DNA of 64,000 nt, taken from NCBI GenBank assembly GCA_028865345.1, contig JAGWKL010000005.1:21577-85576 (forward strand). Direction: 5' to 3'. Numbering within the stretch: position 1 is the stretch's first letter; each line of letters opens with the position of its first letter. The position numbers and the translations under genes are program-made. Below are positions 29,050 to 38,784 of the stretch, in pieces. This DNA is from Candidatus Omnitrophota bacterium (GTDB lineage Bacteria > Omnitrophota > Gorgyraeia > Zapsychrales > Fredricksoniimonadaceae). The notes under the pieces were generated by a model, which made no database searches, was not told the origin of the DNA, and worked only from the letters and a program-made list of their open reading frames with translations.

Positions 29050-30366
29050 ATGATGACCCAGCAGCAGATGCCTTTGAATATCGAAGGGCTACAGGAGTAT
29101 CAGTCTAAATTATCCGGCAACTCAAATGGTTGGCTCAAGACTTTCCGCCAGAAAAGTTTTGATCAATGGTCTGCTGAGCCGATGCCCACGCCCAAAGATG
29201 AGGAATGGAAATACACGTCTTTGGCAGACGTGATCAACCGCCGTTTTCAACTGGCCAGGCGGCATCAATTGGTCGAAGACAGGCAATTTGAGAACTACCG
29301 AAGCCGAGCGGACATCAACGTTGTTTTGGTCAACGGTGTTTTGTGGGGGGAATTGTCGAATTTGAAGGACCTGCCGCCGGGCCTTAAGATATCCTCCTTC
29401 AACGAAGCCCTGGGCCACGGGTCTGACGAGATCCGGGACACGGTCTCCAAATTGACCCCCAATGATTCAAAACCGTTTTTATGGATGAACCAGGCGCTGT
29501 TTTTGGACGGGGCCTTTATCCGGGTCATGCCTGAGGCCGAGATAGGGCCCTTGGTGCATATTATCCACGTGACAAGCGGCATCCTGCCGGACACGGTTGT
29601 CTTTCCCAGGACGTTTATTTCAGTGGGTGAATCTGCGAGTGTTGATATTCTGGAAAGCCATATCAGCTTCGAGCCGGTGTCCTACCTGTCCAACGCGGTG
29701 ACCGATATACGTATCGCGGCCAATGCCATGGTGGGTTTCTGCAAGACCCAGGCCGAAGCCCATCAGGCCGTGCATGTGGGCACCACCCGCATCTGGCAGG
29801 AGGCGGCCAGTTATCTTGATTCTTTTTCTTTCAATTTCGGCGGCCGGCTTGTCCGTAATAACCTTTCGGTCCTCATCAAAGGCGAGGCCACCCGTACGGT
29901 CATGAACGGGCTGTATGGCATCGACGGCAACCAGCATGTGGACAACCACACCTTACTCGATATTCAGCATCCCAACTGCACGAGCTATCAGCTTTATAAA
30001 GGGCTCTTGAATGGCAAGTCCAGGGCTGTTTTCAACGGTAAGATCTATGTGCATGCGCAAGCCCAGAAAACCGACGCGTACCAGTTGAATAAACATTTAT
30101 TGTTGGGCAAGGAAGCTCGGGTGGATACCAAACCGCAGCTGGAAATTTTTGCGGATGACGTGAAATGCACGCACGGGGCCACCATCGGCCAGCTCAATGA
30201 GGAGGAGATTTTTTATTTGCAGAGCCGCTGTATCCCCAGGCCGACGGCCATTCAATTAATGTCCAAGGGGTTCATTGACGATATCATCAATACCATCAAG
30301 AGCGATTCCATCCGCGCCAAACTGGGCCGCCTGCTGCTTAAAAAATTCCCGGAAATAAAGCTTTAA
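29050..30366 (+). CDS. sufD: Fe-S assembly protein SufD
   Basis: EEWKYT, KPQLEIFADDVKCTHGAT. Confidence 0.96.
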   Translation: MMTQQQMPLNIEGLQEYQSKLSGNSNGWLKTFRQKSFDQWSAEPMPTPKDEEWKYTSLADVINRRFQLARRHQLVEDRQFENYRSRADINVVLVNGVLWGELSNLKDLPPGLKISSFNEALGHGSDEIRDTVSKLTPNDSKPFLWMNQALFLDGAFIRVMPEAEIGPLVHIIHVTSGILPDTVVFPRTFISVGESASVDILESHISFEPVSYLSNAVTDIRIAANAMVGFCKTQAEAHQAVHVGTTRIWQEAASYLDSFSFNFGGRLVRNNLSVLIKGEATRTVMNGLYGIDGNQHVDNHTLLDIQHPNCTSYQLYKGLLNGKSRAVFNGKIYVHAQAQKTDAYQLNKHLLLGKEARVDTKPQLEIFADDVKCTHGATIGQLNEEEIFYLQSRCIPRPTAIQLMSKGFIDDIINTIKSDSIRAKLGRLLLKKFPEIKL

Positions 30367-31602
30367 ATGGTTCCTATGTCTTCCTTTGATGCCCATCGCT
30401 ATAGAGCGGAGTTCCCCAATCTCAGGATCAATGTCCACGGCAAGCCGTTGGTTTACCTGGACAATGCCGCCACGACCCTTAAGCCCCGCTGTGTGGTTGA
30501 CGCGGTCAATGCCTATTATGTGACCGGCGTGTCCAACGTGCACCGGGGGGTCCACTTTTTAAGTGAACAGGCAACGGCGGCCTTTGAGTATTCCCGTCAG
30601 GTGGTACGGCAATTCCTTCATGCCCCTAAAGCGCATGAAATTATCTTTACCAAGGGGGCCACCGAATCGCTCAACCTCGTGGCCCAATCTTTCGGCAGAC
30701 AATTCCTTAAAAAAGGCGATGAGATCATCATTTCCTACATGGAGCACCATTCCAATATCGTGCCCTGGCAAATGCTTTGCGAACAGGCAGGCTGCGTGCT
30801 TAAGGTCATTCCCATCAATGAGCGCGGTGAAATAATTTTTGAGGAGTATCTTAAGCTTTTATCCCGGAAAACCAGGCTGGTTGCCGTTGTCTGGGTCTCA
30901 AACTCTTTGGGCACCGTCAACCCCATCAAGGCTGTCATTGATCAGGCTCACCGGCGGGGCGCGGTTGTGGTCATTGATGCGGCCCAGGGGGTCACCCATG
31001 CGCCGACCAACGTCCAGGAACTGGACTGCGATTTTCTGGCCTTTTCGGGGCACAAGGTCCTGGGACCGACGGGCGTGGGAGTGCTTTATGGCAAAGAAAA
31101 ATGGCTGGAGGCCATGCCCCCTTATCAGGGTGGGGGGGACATGATCAAAAGCGTCACCTTCAGTAAAACTTTGTACAATGCCCTGCCTTATAAATTTGAA
31201 GCGGGGACACCTCCGATCGCCGAGGTCATCGGCCTGCGTTCAGCCCTGGAATTCCTGCAGACCATCAACTGGGAGGGCATGAAGGCCTACAAGCAGGAAT
31301 TGCTGGATTACGGCACTCAAAAGCTTTTGTCCATTGATGGTGTGCGCCTTATCGGAACGGCCCGTGACAAAACATCCATTTTGTCCTTTGTGGTGGATGG
31401 CATCCATCCCCATGATCTTGGCACTATTGTGGACCAGGACGGGGTGGCCATCCGCACCGGCCATCACTGCACCCAGCCGGTGATGGAATTCTTCAAGGTG
31501 CCTGCCACGGCCCGCGCGTCGCTGGCTTTTTACAACACTAAAGAAGAGATCGATGTCCTTGCCGGGGCTGTCGTCCGGGCCAAGGAGGTTTTTCATGCGT
31601 GA
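30367..31602 (+). CDS. sufS: Cysteine desulfurase SufS
   Basis: YLDNAAT, EHHSNIVPW, FSGHK, RTGHHC. Confidence 0.97.
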   Translation: MVPMSSFDAHRYRAEFPNLRINVHGKPLVYLDNAATTLKPRCVVDAVNAYYVTGVSNVHRGVHFLSEQATAAFEYSRQVVRQFLHAPKAHEIIFTKGATESLNLVAQSFGRQFLKKGDEIIISYMEHHSNIVPWQMLCEQAGCVLKVIPINERGEIIFEEYLKLLSRKTRLVAVVWVSNSLGTVNPIKAVIDQAHRRGAVVVIDAAQGVTHAPTNVQELDCDFLAFSGHKVLGPTGVGVLYGKEKWLEAMPPYQGGGDMIKSVTFSKTLYNALPYKFEAGTPPIAEVIGLRSALEFLQTINWEGMKAYKQELLDYGTQKLLSIDGVRLIGTARDKTSILSFVVDGIHPHDLGTIVDQDGVAIRTGHHCTQPVMEFFKVPATARASLAFYNTKEEIDVLAGAVVRAKEVFHA

Positions 31603-32038
31603 GGAACTTTACCAGCAGACCATTTTGGAACACAACCGCAACCCCCGGAATTTTAAGAAGCTCGAAGGGGCGACCCATGTGGCCGAAGGGTATAATCCTT
31701 TATGCGGGGACCATCTGTGGGTTTATATGAAGATCAACGGCGGCGTTATTGAAGAGGCTTCTTTCGAAGGTTCGGGGTGCGCCATTTCCAAGGCCTCGGC
31801 TTCCATGATGACCGCTTCCCTTAAAGGCAGGACAATGGCTGAAGCGCAGGTGTTGTTTGACGAATTCCATCAACTGGTCATCGGTGAGCTCAAACCCGAT
31901 GAAAGGCCGCACCACTTGGGCAAGTTGGCGGTCTTTTCCGGCATCTGGCAATATCCGGCGCGGGTCAAATGCGCATCGCTGGGCTGGCACACCATGCACG
32001 GCGCTCTGGAAAAGACAAAATCAGTATCCACGGAATAG
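31595..32038 (+). CDS. sufU: SUF-system NifU-family scaffold SufU
   Basis: NPLCGD, GCAISKAS, RVKCA; AGGAGG before ATG 31595. Confidence 0.95.
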   Translation: MREELYQQTILEHNRNPRNFKKLEGATHVAEGYNPLCGDHLWVYMKINGGVIEEASFEGSGCAISKASASMMTASLKGRTMAEAQVLFDEFHQLVIGELKPDERPHHLGKLAVFSGIWQYPARVKCASLGWHTMHGALEKTKSVSTE

Positions 32039-32063
32039 AGGGATAAATTTATCCTTTACGATC

Positions 32064-33080
32064 ATGGCCATTATAGATTCATTAAACAGACCTTTGCACG
32101 ATTTACGTATATCGTTGATCGACCGCTGTAATTTCCGCTGTCCGTATTGCATGCCGTCGGAGAAGTTCCATCATGCGTATCAGTTCCTCGATAAGGACCG
32201 ATGGCTGAGTTTTGATGAGATCGTGCGCCTGGCCAAAATTTTTGTGGGGCTGGGGGGCCGCAAGCTGCGATTGACCGGAGGGGAACCTTTGTTGAGACCG
32301 GAAATTGACAGGCTTGTCCGTCAATTGGCGGCTGTTGAGGGGATTGAAGATCTGGCCCTGACGACCAACGGCTCCATGCTGAGCTTATGGGCTGCACGCC
32401 TGAAAGCCGCAGGCCTGCACCGGTTGACCGTCAGCTTAGACACGCTGGATGAGTCCGTTTTTTACCGGATGAACGGTGAGAAAGCGGCCCTCAAAGAAGT
32501 GCTGGATGGCCTGCGTGCCGCCGAACAGGCGGGATTCAAAGCCATCAACATCAATGCCGTTATCCAGCGCGGGGTCAACGACCATACCATTTTGGATCTG
32601 GTCAGGTACTTTCGCGGCACTCCCCATACGTTGCGTTTTATCGAATATATGGATGTCGGCAATCAGAACCATTGGGACGACACGCAAGTCGTGCCTTCAA
32701 GCGAAATCATCTCCATGATCAATGCCGAATTCCCTTTGCGCAAGATCGGCGGTACGCAGGACGGGGGGACTTCGGAGATTTTTTGTTTTAAGGACGGAGA
32801 GGGCGAGGTGGCTTTTATTTCGTCGGTGACCAAGGCCTTTTGCGGTACCTGCAGGCGTCTGCGTTTGTCCGCCGACGGGAAATTATACACCTGTCTTTTT
32901 GCCACCCGCGGCACAGATCTAGGCGGGCCTTTGAGAAAAGGGGCTTCCGATGAGATTTTGGGCGGCATCATTCGCCAGGTTTGGACCGGGCGGGATGACC
33001 GCTATTCCGAGACCCGCTATAAACTCCGCCACGGGCCCCAAGCGCTGCCGAAGGTTGAAATGTACCAGATCGGCGGGTAA
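32064..33080 (+). CDS. moaA: GTP 3',8-cyclase MoaA
   Basis: LRISLIDRCNFRCPYCMP, TGGEPL, FCGTCRRLR...TCLF, C-terminal MYQIGG. Confidence 0.96.
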   Translation: MAIIDSLNRPLHDLRISLIDRCNFRCPYCMPSEKFHHAYQFLDKDRWLSFDEIVRLAKIFVGLGGRKLRLTGGEPLLRPEIDRLVRQLAAVEGIEDLALTTNGSMLSLWAARLKAAGLHRLTVSLDTLDESVFYRMNGEKAALKEVLDGLRAAEQAGFKAININAVIQRGVNDHTILDLVRYFRGTPHTLRFIEYMDVGNQNHWDDTQVVPSSEIISMINAEFPLRKIGGTQDGGTSEIFCFKDGEGEVAFISSVTKAFCGTCRRLRLSADGKLYTCLFATRGTDLGGPLRKGASDEILGGIIRQVWTGRDDRYSETRYKLRHGPQALPKVEMYQIGG

Positions 33081-33108
33081 TATATGAAGATCCGCCTTGG
33101 AGCATGCA

Positions 33109-34671
33109 ATGGGTAATCTTATTGTTCTGATTTGGGTGGTTTTTATATTCGCGGCCTCTGTTTTTTTCGGCGGAGCCTCCTTTATAGAACTCATTCAAAA
33201 TGGGAAATTAAGGATTGATAAAGGGTTTTGGCTCTCTTTATCTGCATGTGCGGCGGCGCTCCTGCTTTGTCTTTCGATAGGACCCGCATTCTATCGCGTA
33301 TACCACGATGAACTTGTCTTTATTTCGCAATCCTGGAACATCCTTTTTTCCGGAAGCGCCGGCGTCATCTTAAAAGGAAGCCGGCTGCATCCGGAAATTT
33401 TGGCCCCGTGGACGGCCAATCCGAAACTCCCGGGATTTGCCTGCCTGGAAGCCGTTGTGCTTTTCTTGACAAAAGATTTTACGCACAGTTTTTTTATCAT
33501 GAATATTGCTTTAGGGGTCCTGTCGGTGGCGCTGGTTTACAGGATCGTTTGGCTTTTGACGGCAAGCCATGCGCTGTCCTGGTGGTCGGCCGTTTTTCTG
33601 GCATGCCTGCCTGTGCGCATCACCTATTCCATGTCTGCGGCTTCCGACATCGCCGGGCTTTTTTTCTTTTTGCTCTTTCTTCTTTTTATCGTCGAATACA
33701 GGGGAATGCCGGGCAGGCGCTTTTTGTATGCCGCCATTTTTTGCGGCATATTTAGTGTTTGCATCAAGCCTTTCTACGGAATTCTGACTTTGGCGGGACT
33801 GGCGGTGGCTCTGTCCATGTACCGGCGGGAAAGATTGTTGGACCGGAAAGCCTTTACGCAGGCGTGGGTGGATATCTTTTGTTTGTTCCTTCCGGTCTTG
33901 TGCGCGGTGCCGGTCATGTTCTTGACCGACGAGCAGAAACCTTTTTCCTTGTTGTTTGTGGGACGAAATCTCCAAACAGATATTTTCTATTTATTTTCCA
34001 ATCAACAAAACACCTTTTTAACGGCCGTGGCCGCCGCGGCAGCGGTCGGGACAGGCATTTACTACAGAAAAGGAGGCTTGACAGCCCTATGGGCAGGATG
34101 GCTGGTGGGTGGATTGCTGATCATTTCGGTTTTCTACGCGGGAGGGATTTCCTATCCCGGGCATGCCTATTCGGACCGATACTTCCTTCCCTTGGCATTC
34201 CCGTTCGTATTTTTAGCGGCCCAAGGGATGGTCGGCGTCTTAACGAGGCCAGGCCCCAAGTTTTTAGGGACTGCTTTCTTTTTAATTCTGATCATCAGCG
34301 CTTTTTATGCATCAAAACATTTGACCAGGGAGGCCAAGGAGGGATTTCATTATCAAAAGACACTGATACTCAAACAGGTATTGCCTTTGGTTCCCGATGA
34401 AGCTTATATGCTGGATGCCTGCTCTGCGCTGATCGCAACGATCAGTTCCAAGAAATCGATCCAGACAGAGCTTTTTATACATGGAGATCATCCCAAAGAA
34501 ATTGTTTTCCTTAAAGGGATCGCCGATGATCTGTACAATTCCGACGAACCTAAAAACATGGCGCTGGTCAAGAAGATCCTGAAGGCGGAATACCGCTGTG
34601 AGCCTCTGACAGCTTCACCGGTCGCCGAGCCCGATCTGTCGGCCACACCGTTCCTTTGCGTACGCAAATAA
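33109..34671 (+). CDS. Polytopic membrane protein, probable GT-C (PMT/ArnT-like) glycosyltransferase
   Basis: About 12 TM segments, YHDE acidic motif in first loop, DRYFLP late motif. Confidence 0.6.
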   Translation: MGNLIVLIWVVFIFAASVFFGGASFIELIQNGKLRIDKGFWLSLSACAAALLLCLSIGPAFYRVYHDELVFISQSWNILFSGSAGVILKGSRLHPEILAPWTANPKLPGFACLEAVVLFLTKDFTHSFFIMNIALGVLSVALVYRIVWLLTASHALSWWSAVFLACLPVRITYSMSAASDIAGLFFFLLFLLFIVEYRGMPGRRFLYAAIFCGIFSVCIKPFYGILTLAGLAVALSMYRRERLLDRKAFTQAWVDIFCLFLPVLCAVPVMFLTDEQKPFSLLFVGRNLQTDIFYLFSNQQNTFLTAVAAAAAVGTGIYYRKGGLTALWAGWLVGGLLIISVFYAGGISYPGHAYSDRYFLPLAFPFVFLAAQGMVGVLTRPGPKFLGTAFFLILIISAFYASKHLTREAKEGFHYQKTLILKQVLPLVPDEAYMLDACSALIATISSKKSIQTELFIHGDHPKEIVFLKGIADDLYNSDEPKNMALVKKILKAEYRCEPLTASPVAEPDLSATPFLCVRK

Positions 34672-35601
34672 TTACCAGAAACCTTGGGAATCGGCTTGCA
34701 GGGCGTGTTCAAATTTCCCCACAAAACGGACTTCGCGGACCAGCTGCAGGCCGAATTTTCTCTTGACGGCTTCCATCATCTTCAGGTGCAGGTCATGCAC
34801 ATCCTGTGAGCAGGCGCCCCGGCCTTTGATGATGATATTGGCATGCTTTTCAAAAATATAGGCGCCGCCGGCCTTCAGATTTTTGGCGCCCGATTCTTCC
34901 AAGAACCATCCGGCGGCCTGGCGGCGTTGGGCCTGTGATGAGGGCTCGATGTTGCGGAAAAATGAACCGGCGCAAGGTTCCCGGGTAAGGTCCGGGTGTT
35001 TTTCGGCGCGTTTTTTAAGTATTTCGGCGCGTTCCCGGGCCAGGAGCGCCCGATCAGCGGGCGTTAAAGCAAATTCCACGTCGATGATGATCTCGTTGCT
35101 TTCTTTGAGAAGCGAGTGGCGGTAGGAGAAACCGAAATATTCGGGGCCCACGGTTTTGACGCGGCCCTCGGCGTCGATGATCCGCGCGGATTTTAACGCG
35201 TCGCCGACCTGCCTGCCCCAGGCGCCGGCATTGCCCACGACTGCGCCTCCGACGGTGCCCGGAATTCCTGTGGCATAATTGAGGCCTCCCAGGCCTTCAT
35301 CGGCGCAAAAAAGGGCCAGATCATCCAGAAGGGTGCTTGCCGCAACCAGGACCGCTTGGTCCCGGCGTTCTATGAGGGGGGTTTCGGACAAATAGCGTAT
35401 CACGGTCGGTACAAGCCCGTGATCGGAAATCACCAAATTAGACCCGCCGCCGATCAGCAAAAACGGCTCATGGACTTTTTTTAACTTTTGGACGGTGGCG
35501 ATCAGTTCATCGGGGCCCAAGCATTCAATCAGGCAGGGGCAGGGGCCGCCCAACTGAAAGGTGGTGTATTGGGATAAAGGCACGTCTTTAAGGGTTTTCA
35601 T
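34672..35601 (-). CDS. murB: UDP-N-acetylmuramate dehydrogenase
   Basis: YTTFQLGG, GGGSN, GIPGTVGGAVVGNAGA, AGSFFRN, KHANII. Confidence 0.95.
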   Translation of the reverse strand: MKTLKDVPLSQYTTFQLGGPCPCLIECLGPDELIATVQKLKKVHEPFLLIGGGSNLVISDHGLVPTVIRYLSETPLIERRDQAVLVAASTLLDDLALFCADEGLGGLNYATGIPGTVGGAVVGNAGAWGRQVGDALKSARIIDAEGRVKTVGPEYFGFSYRHSLLKESNEIIIDVEFALTPADRALLARERAEILKKRAEKHPDLTREPCAGSFFRNIEPSSQAQRRQAAGWFLEESGAKNLKAGGAYIFEKHANIIIKGRGACSQDVHDLHLKMMEAVKRKFGLQLVREVRFVGKFEHALQADSQGFW

Positions 35602-35681
35602 CCGAATAATTCCACTATGTTTCTCCGCTGATTCGAAGTGCCGCTTTCCTTAAATTTTATTGTCGGGAAGCGGCCATGGCG

Positions 35682-36104
35682 TCAGGCGGCAGGTTTTCCG
35701 TGGATCCAGGATTTACTTCCGTCGGTATAAAATTCTTTTTTCCAGATCAGCAGTCTTTTTTTGACCTCTTCAATGATGTAGCGGCAGGCCTTGAAGGCCT
35801 CATCGCGGTGAGGGGCCCATACGCCGATCCATACCGCGGTCTCCGTGGTTTTTAATTGGCCGGTCCTCTGAATGCACACAGCATCATGGATGAGAAAACC
35901 GGTGGTGGCTTCCTTGATTATTTTTTCGCCCTCGGCAAGGACGGCGGGCGCCTCGGCGATATACAAAAGCCCGCTGACAGCGCGGTCGTGTGTTTGGTCG
36001 GCCCTGACCGTGCCTTCAAAAATCACCAGGGCGCCGTCGGCCGGATCGCGGTACATGTTCCTTGCTTGCGCAACGTCGATGGGGCTTTCTTGGAGGATAA
36101 ACAT
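35682..36104 (-). CDS. moaE: Molybdopterin synthase catalytic subunit
   Basis: GALVIFEGTVR, APHRDEAF, IWKKEFY. Confidence 0.93.
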   Translation of the reverse strand: MFILQESPIDVAQARNMYRDPADGALVIFEGTVRADQTHDRAVSGLLYIAEAPAVLAEGEKIIKEATTGFLIHDAVCIQRTGQLKTTETAVWIGVWAPHRDEAFKACRYIIEEVKKRLLIWKKEFYTDGSKSWIHGKPAA

Positions 36105-36105
36105 A

Positions 36106-36154
36106 TCAATACGTTGCTTATATTCCCTGTTTCTTCGGCGCCGTTAGGTTTTAT
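36106..36154 (+). repeat. Junction element copy 5 (36120-36154) plus orphan 3' stub of the ferredoxin (36106-36119)
   Basis: ATATTCCCTGTTTCTTCGGCGCCGTTAGGTTTTAT lies between TCAATACGTTGCTT and TTAATAAGTTACTT (11/14 identical; A-T-Y-stop vs V-T-Y-stop on minus strand). Confidence 0.8.
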
Positions 36155-36409
36155 TTAATAAGTTACTTTTACCGTTCCCTGTAAAATCCTGCATTGGCAT
36201 CCCAAACGGTGGGTACGGTCCATGGCCAGGTCCGTTTCTTCCTTGTTCAATGTATTGATATTTTCTGCGCCTTCGAGGACCTCGATCTGGCAGGTGCCGC
36301 AGACGCCGGAATTGCAGGAAAACGGGATGCCTGCCGCCTCGCAAGCCTCGGCGATCTGTTGGCCGTCGGGTACTTCATAGGTGACATTATCTATAATCAG
36401 TTTTGCCAT
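36155..36409 (-). CDS. Plant-type [2Fe-2S] ferredoxin
   Basis: IPFSCNSGVCGTC...RLGCQC. Confidence 0.93.
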   Translation of the reverse strand: MAKLIIDNVTYEVPDGQQIAEACEAAGIPFSCNSGVCGTCQIEVLEGAENINTLNKEETDLAMDRTHRLGCQCRILQGTVKVTY

Positions 36410-36410
36410 T

Positions 36411-37337
36411 TTATTTTTTAAATTGGAGAACCGGAAAAACAATGTTCTTTTCCGGATTACTGAATTCGTGGACGACAGCCCCGGGGTAAAAACCTTTGAT
36501 CTTGCCGATGATTTCGTCCACCAGGTAGCGGGGAACGGAAGCGCCGGAGCTCAAACCTACCCGTTGCTTGGTCCTCAGAATGGAGCAGTCCAATTCCGCA
36601 GCTGTGTCGACGATATAGCTTTCCACGCCGAGCTGCTCTCCGGTTTCCCGCAGGCGGTTGCTGTTGGAAGAGTGGGGCGAACCGCAAATGATGATGATAT
36701 CGCAAAAGCCCGCCAAATCCTTGACGGCATCCTGCCGGTTTTGGGTGGCGTAGCAGATGTCCGAACGCAAGGGGCCTGTGAGTTTGGGGAATTTGGCTTT
36801 CAACTTTTCGATGATGACTTTGGTCTCATCTACGGAGAGGGTGGTCTGCGTCAGGTAAGCGACGGTTTTCTGAGGGTCGATGTCCAGGAGGTCGACATCC
36901 TCTTCCTTTTCGATGATGTGCAGCAGGCCCGGATGCACATAACCGGAAGTGCCGATCAATTCCTGGTGCCCCACGTGGCCGATGAGAACTGTGTCCACTT
37001 TTTGATCGGAAAATTTGACGGCTTCCTTATGCACCTTGGTCACGAGAGGGCAGGTGGCGTCTACGAATTTCAGATGGCGCTGGCGGGCTTCCCCGATGAC
37101 GTCCGGAGGGATGCCATGGGCGCTGAAAATGATGCGGGAGCCGGGCGGAACGCTTTTAAGGTCCTCGACAAACTTGATCCCCCGGGCTTTCATGTCATTG
37201 ACCACGGAGGTGTTATGCACAATGTCGTGGTAGACAAAAAGCGGGGAGCCGTAGGTTTTAAGGGCCAATTCCACGATATCGATGGCGCTGGCGACCCCGG
37301 CGCAAAAACCCTGGGTTTTGGCTAGAAATATTTCCAA
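36411..37337 (-). CDS. ispH: 4-hydroxy-3-methylbut-2-enyl diphosphate reductase
   Basis: GFCAGV, IVHN, SAHG, DATCPLV, QTTLS, ICYATQNRQ, SSNS. Confidence 0.97.
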   Translation of the reverse strand: MEIFLAKTQGFCAGVASAIDIVELALKTYGSPLFVYHDIVHNTSVVNDMKARGIKFVEDLKSVPPGSRIIFSAHGIPPDVIGEARQRHLKFVDATCPLVTKVHKEAVKFSDQKVDTVLIGHVGHQELIGTSGYVHPGLLHIIEKEEDVDLLDIDPQKTVAYLTQTTLSVDETKVIIEKLKAKFPKLTGPLRSDICYATQNRQDAVKDLAGFCDIIIICGSPHSSNSNRLRETGEQLGVESYIVDTAAELDCSILRTKQRVGLSSGASVPRYLVDEIIGKIKGFYPGAVVHEFSNPEKNIVFPVLQFKK

Positions 37338-37468
37338 AAGACCCCATTTCTTATGTTTTAAAGAAAGGTTGCGAGAAGGCGAACCCTTTGAGCTTGCTTT
37401 TTTTATTTATGTTTCCTATAATACGCGTCAATTATAACATTTTTGCTTGAGGTGTAAATTTTAATTTC

Positions 37469-38683
37469 ATGAGTGTCATTCATCGTCGAAAAACACCAGT
37501 TGTCCACATCGGCCATTTAAGTTTGGGGCACGGTGATCCGGTGCGTATCCAGTCCATGACGGACACGCCGACGGCTGACGTCCAGGCAACCCTGGCCCAA
37601 ACCAGGGAATTGATTGCTGCCGGCTGTGAACTCGTACGTTGGACGATCAATGATGACGGTGCGGCCAAAGGCGCCGTCGAGGCCATCCGAAGCCTCCGCG
37701 CGGAAGGCATCACCACTCCCATCATCGGAGACTTTCATTTTAACGGGCATGTCCTTTTAAAGAACAATCCGAAAACCGCCGGGTTGCTGGATAAGTACCG
37801 CATCAATCCCGGCAACGTGGGCCGTGGCCGCCTGCACGATGATAATTTTTCCCAAATTATCAAAATTGCGATCGACAACGGAAAAGCCGTGCGCATCGGC
37901 GTCAATTGGGGGTCTTTGGACCAGGAGTTGTTGACGGAACTGATGGACATCAATGCCCGTTCATCCGCGCCTAAAGATTTCAGTGAGGTGACTCGTGAAG
38001 CCATGGTGCAAAGCGCTTTGCGGTCCGCGGAATATGCTTTAAAGCTGGGGCTTTCCCGCCAAAAGCTTGTTTTGAGCGTTAAGATGTCCGGATTGCAGGA
38101 CATGGTTGCGGTTTACGAGCGTCTTGCCAGGCAATGTGATCTGGCTTTGCATCTGGGTTTGACGGAGGCGGGGGGCGACCTGAAAGGCGCCGTGTCATCG
38201 AGCGCGGCGCTTTCCATCCTGTTGCAGCAGGGCATCGGTGACACCATCCGCGTTTCGTTGACGCCCCAGCCCAATGTCCCCCGCTCAAGGGAAGTGGAGG
38301 TTTGCAAAGAGCTTTTGCAGTCCTTGGGGTTGCGTTATTTTTCTCCGTCCGTGACAAGCTGCCCCGGCTGCGGCCGCACGAGTTCGGACTATTTCCAATA
38401 CCTGGCCCGGGACATCAATGCCTACATCAAATTAAAAATGCCCTTATGGCAAAAACAATATCCCGGCATTGAAGAAATGAAAATTGCGGTCATGGGCTGT
38501 GTGGTCAACGGTCCCGGGGAGAGCCGCCATGCCCATATCGGCATCAGCCTGCCGGGCGCATCTGAAGTGCCCATTGCGCCGGTCTACATGGACGGCAAGG
38601 AATACAAGACCCTGAAAGGCGGCCATATCAAGGAAGAGTTTATCGAAATACTGGAGACATATATTAAAAACCGGTATTCATAG
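37469..38683 (+). CDS. ispG: (E)-4-hydroxy-3-methylbut-2-enyl-diphosphate synthase
   Basis: RIQSMT, RINPGN, RIGVNWGSL, HLGLTEAG, SCPGCGRT, MGCVVNGPGE. Confidence 0.97.
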   Translation: MSVIHRRKTPVVHIGHLSLGHGDPVRIQSMTDTPTADVQATLAQTRELIAAGCELVRWTINDDGAAKGAVEAIRSLRAEGITTPIIGDFHFNGHVLLKNNPKTAGLLDKYRINPGNVGRGRLHDDNFSQIIKIAIDNGKAVRIGVNWGSLDQELLTELMDINARSSAPKDFSEVTREAMVQSALRSAEYALKLGLSRQKLVLSVKMSGLQDMVAVYERLARQCDLALHLGLTEAGGDLKGAVSSSAALSILLQQGIGDTIRVSLTPQPNVPRSREVEVCKELLQSLGLRYFSPSVTSCPGCGRTSSDYFQYLARDINAYIKLKMPLWQKQYPGIEEMKIAVMGCVVNGPGESRHAHIGISLPGASEVPIAPVYMDGKEYKTLKGGHIKEEFIEILETYIKNRYS

Positions 38684-38687
38684 CAAT

Positions 38688-38771
38688 CCTCGGGTGGCCG
38701 AGGGAGGGGCATCCCCGCCGAGCGCAGGCTTTTGCGAGCACGGCGGGGAAACCCGAGGCCAGGCCCCGAGG
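38688..38771. repeat. GC-rich nested palindrome (REP-like)
   Basis: TCCCCGCCG...CGGCGGGGA inner stem; CCTCGGG...CCCGAGG outer stem; GCCGAGCGCA...GCACGGC core shared with the 14584-14633 hairpin. Confidence 0.7.
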
Positions 38772-38784
38772 CTTAGGAGACCTT

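Noticed and set aside
35602-35681. Possible degenerate element (AATAATTCCACTATGTTTCTCCG) upstream of murB
   Set aside because: Needs several gaps to align and no stub found; the adjacent hairpin looks like an ordinary terminator.
36381-37325. Long antisense or alternate-frame ORFs (e.g. 36381-37325 +, 25389-26339 -, 55266-56246 -)
   Set aside because: Shadows of well-supported genes in GC-rich coding DNA; no motifs of their own.
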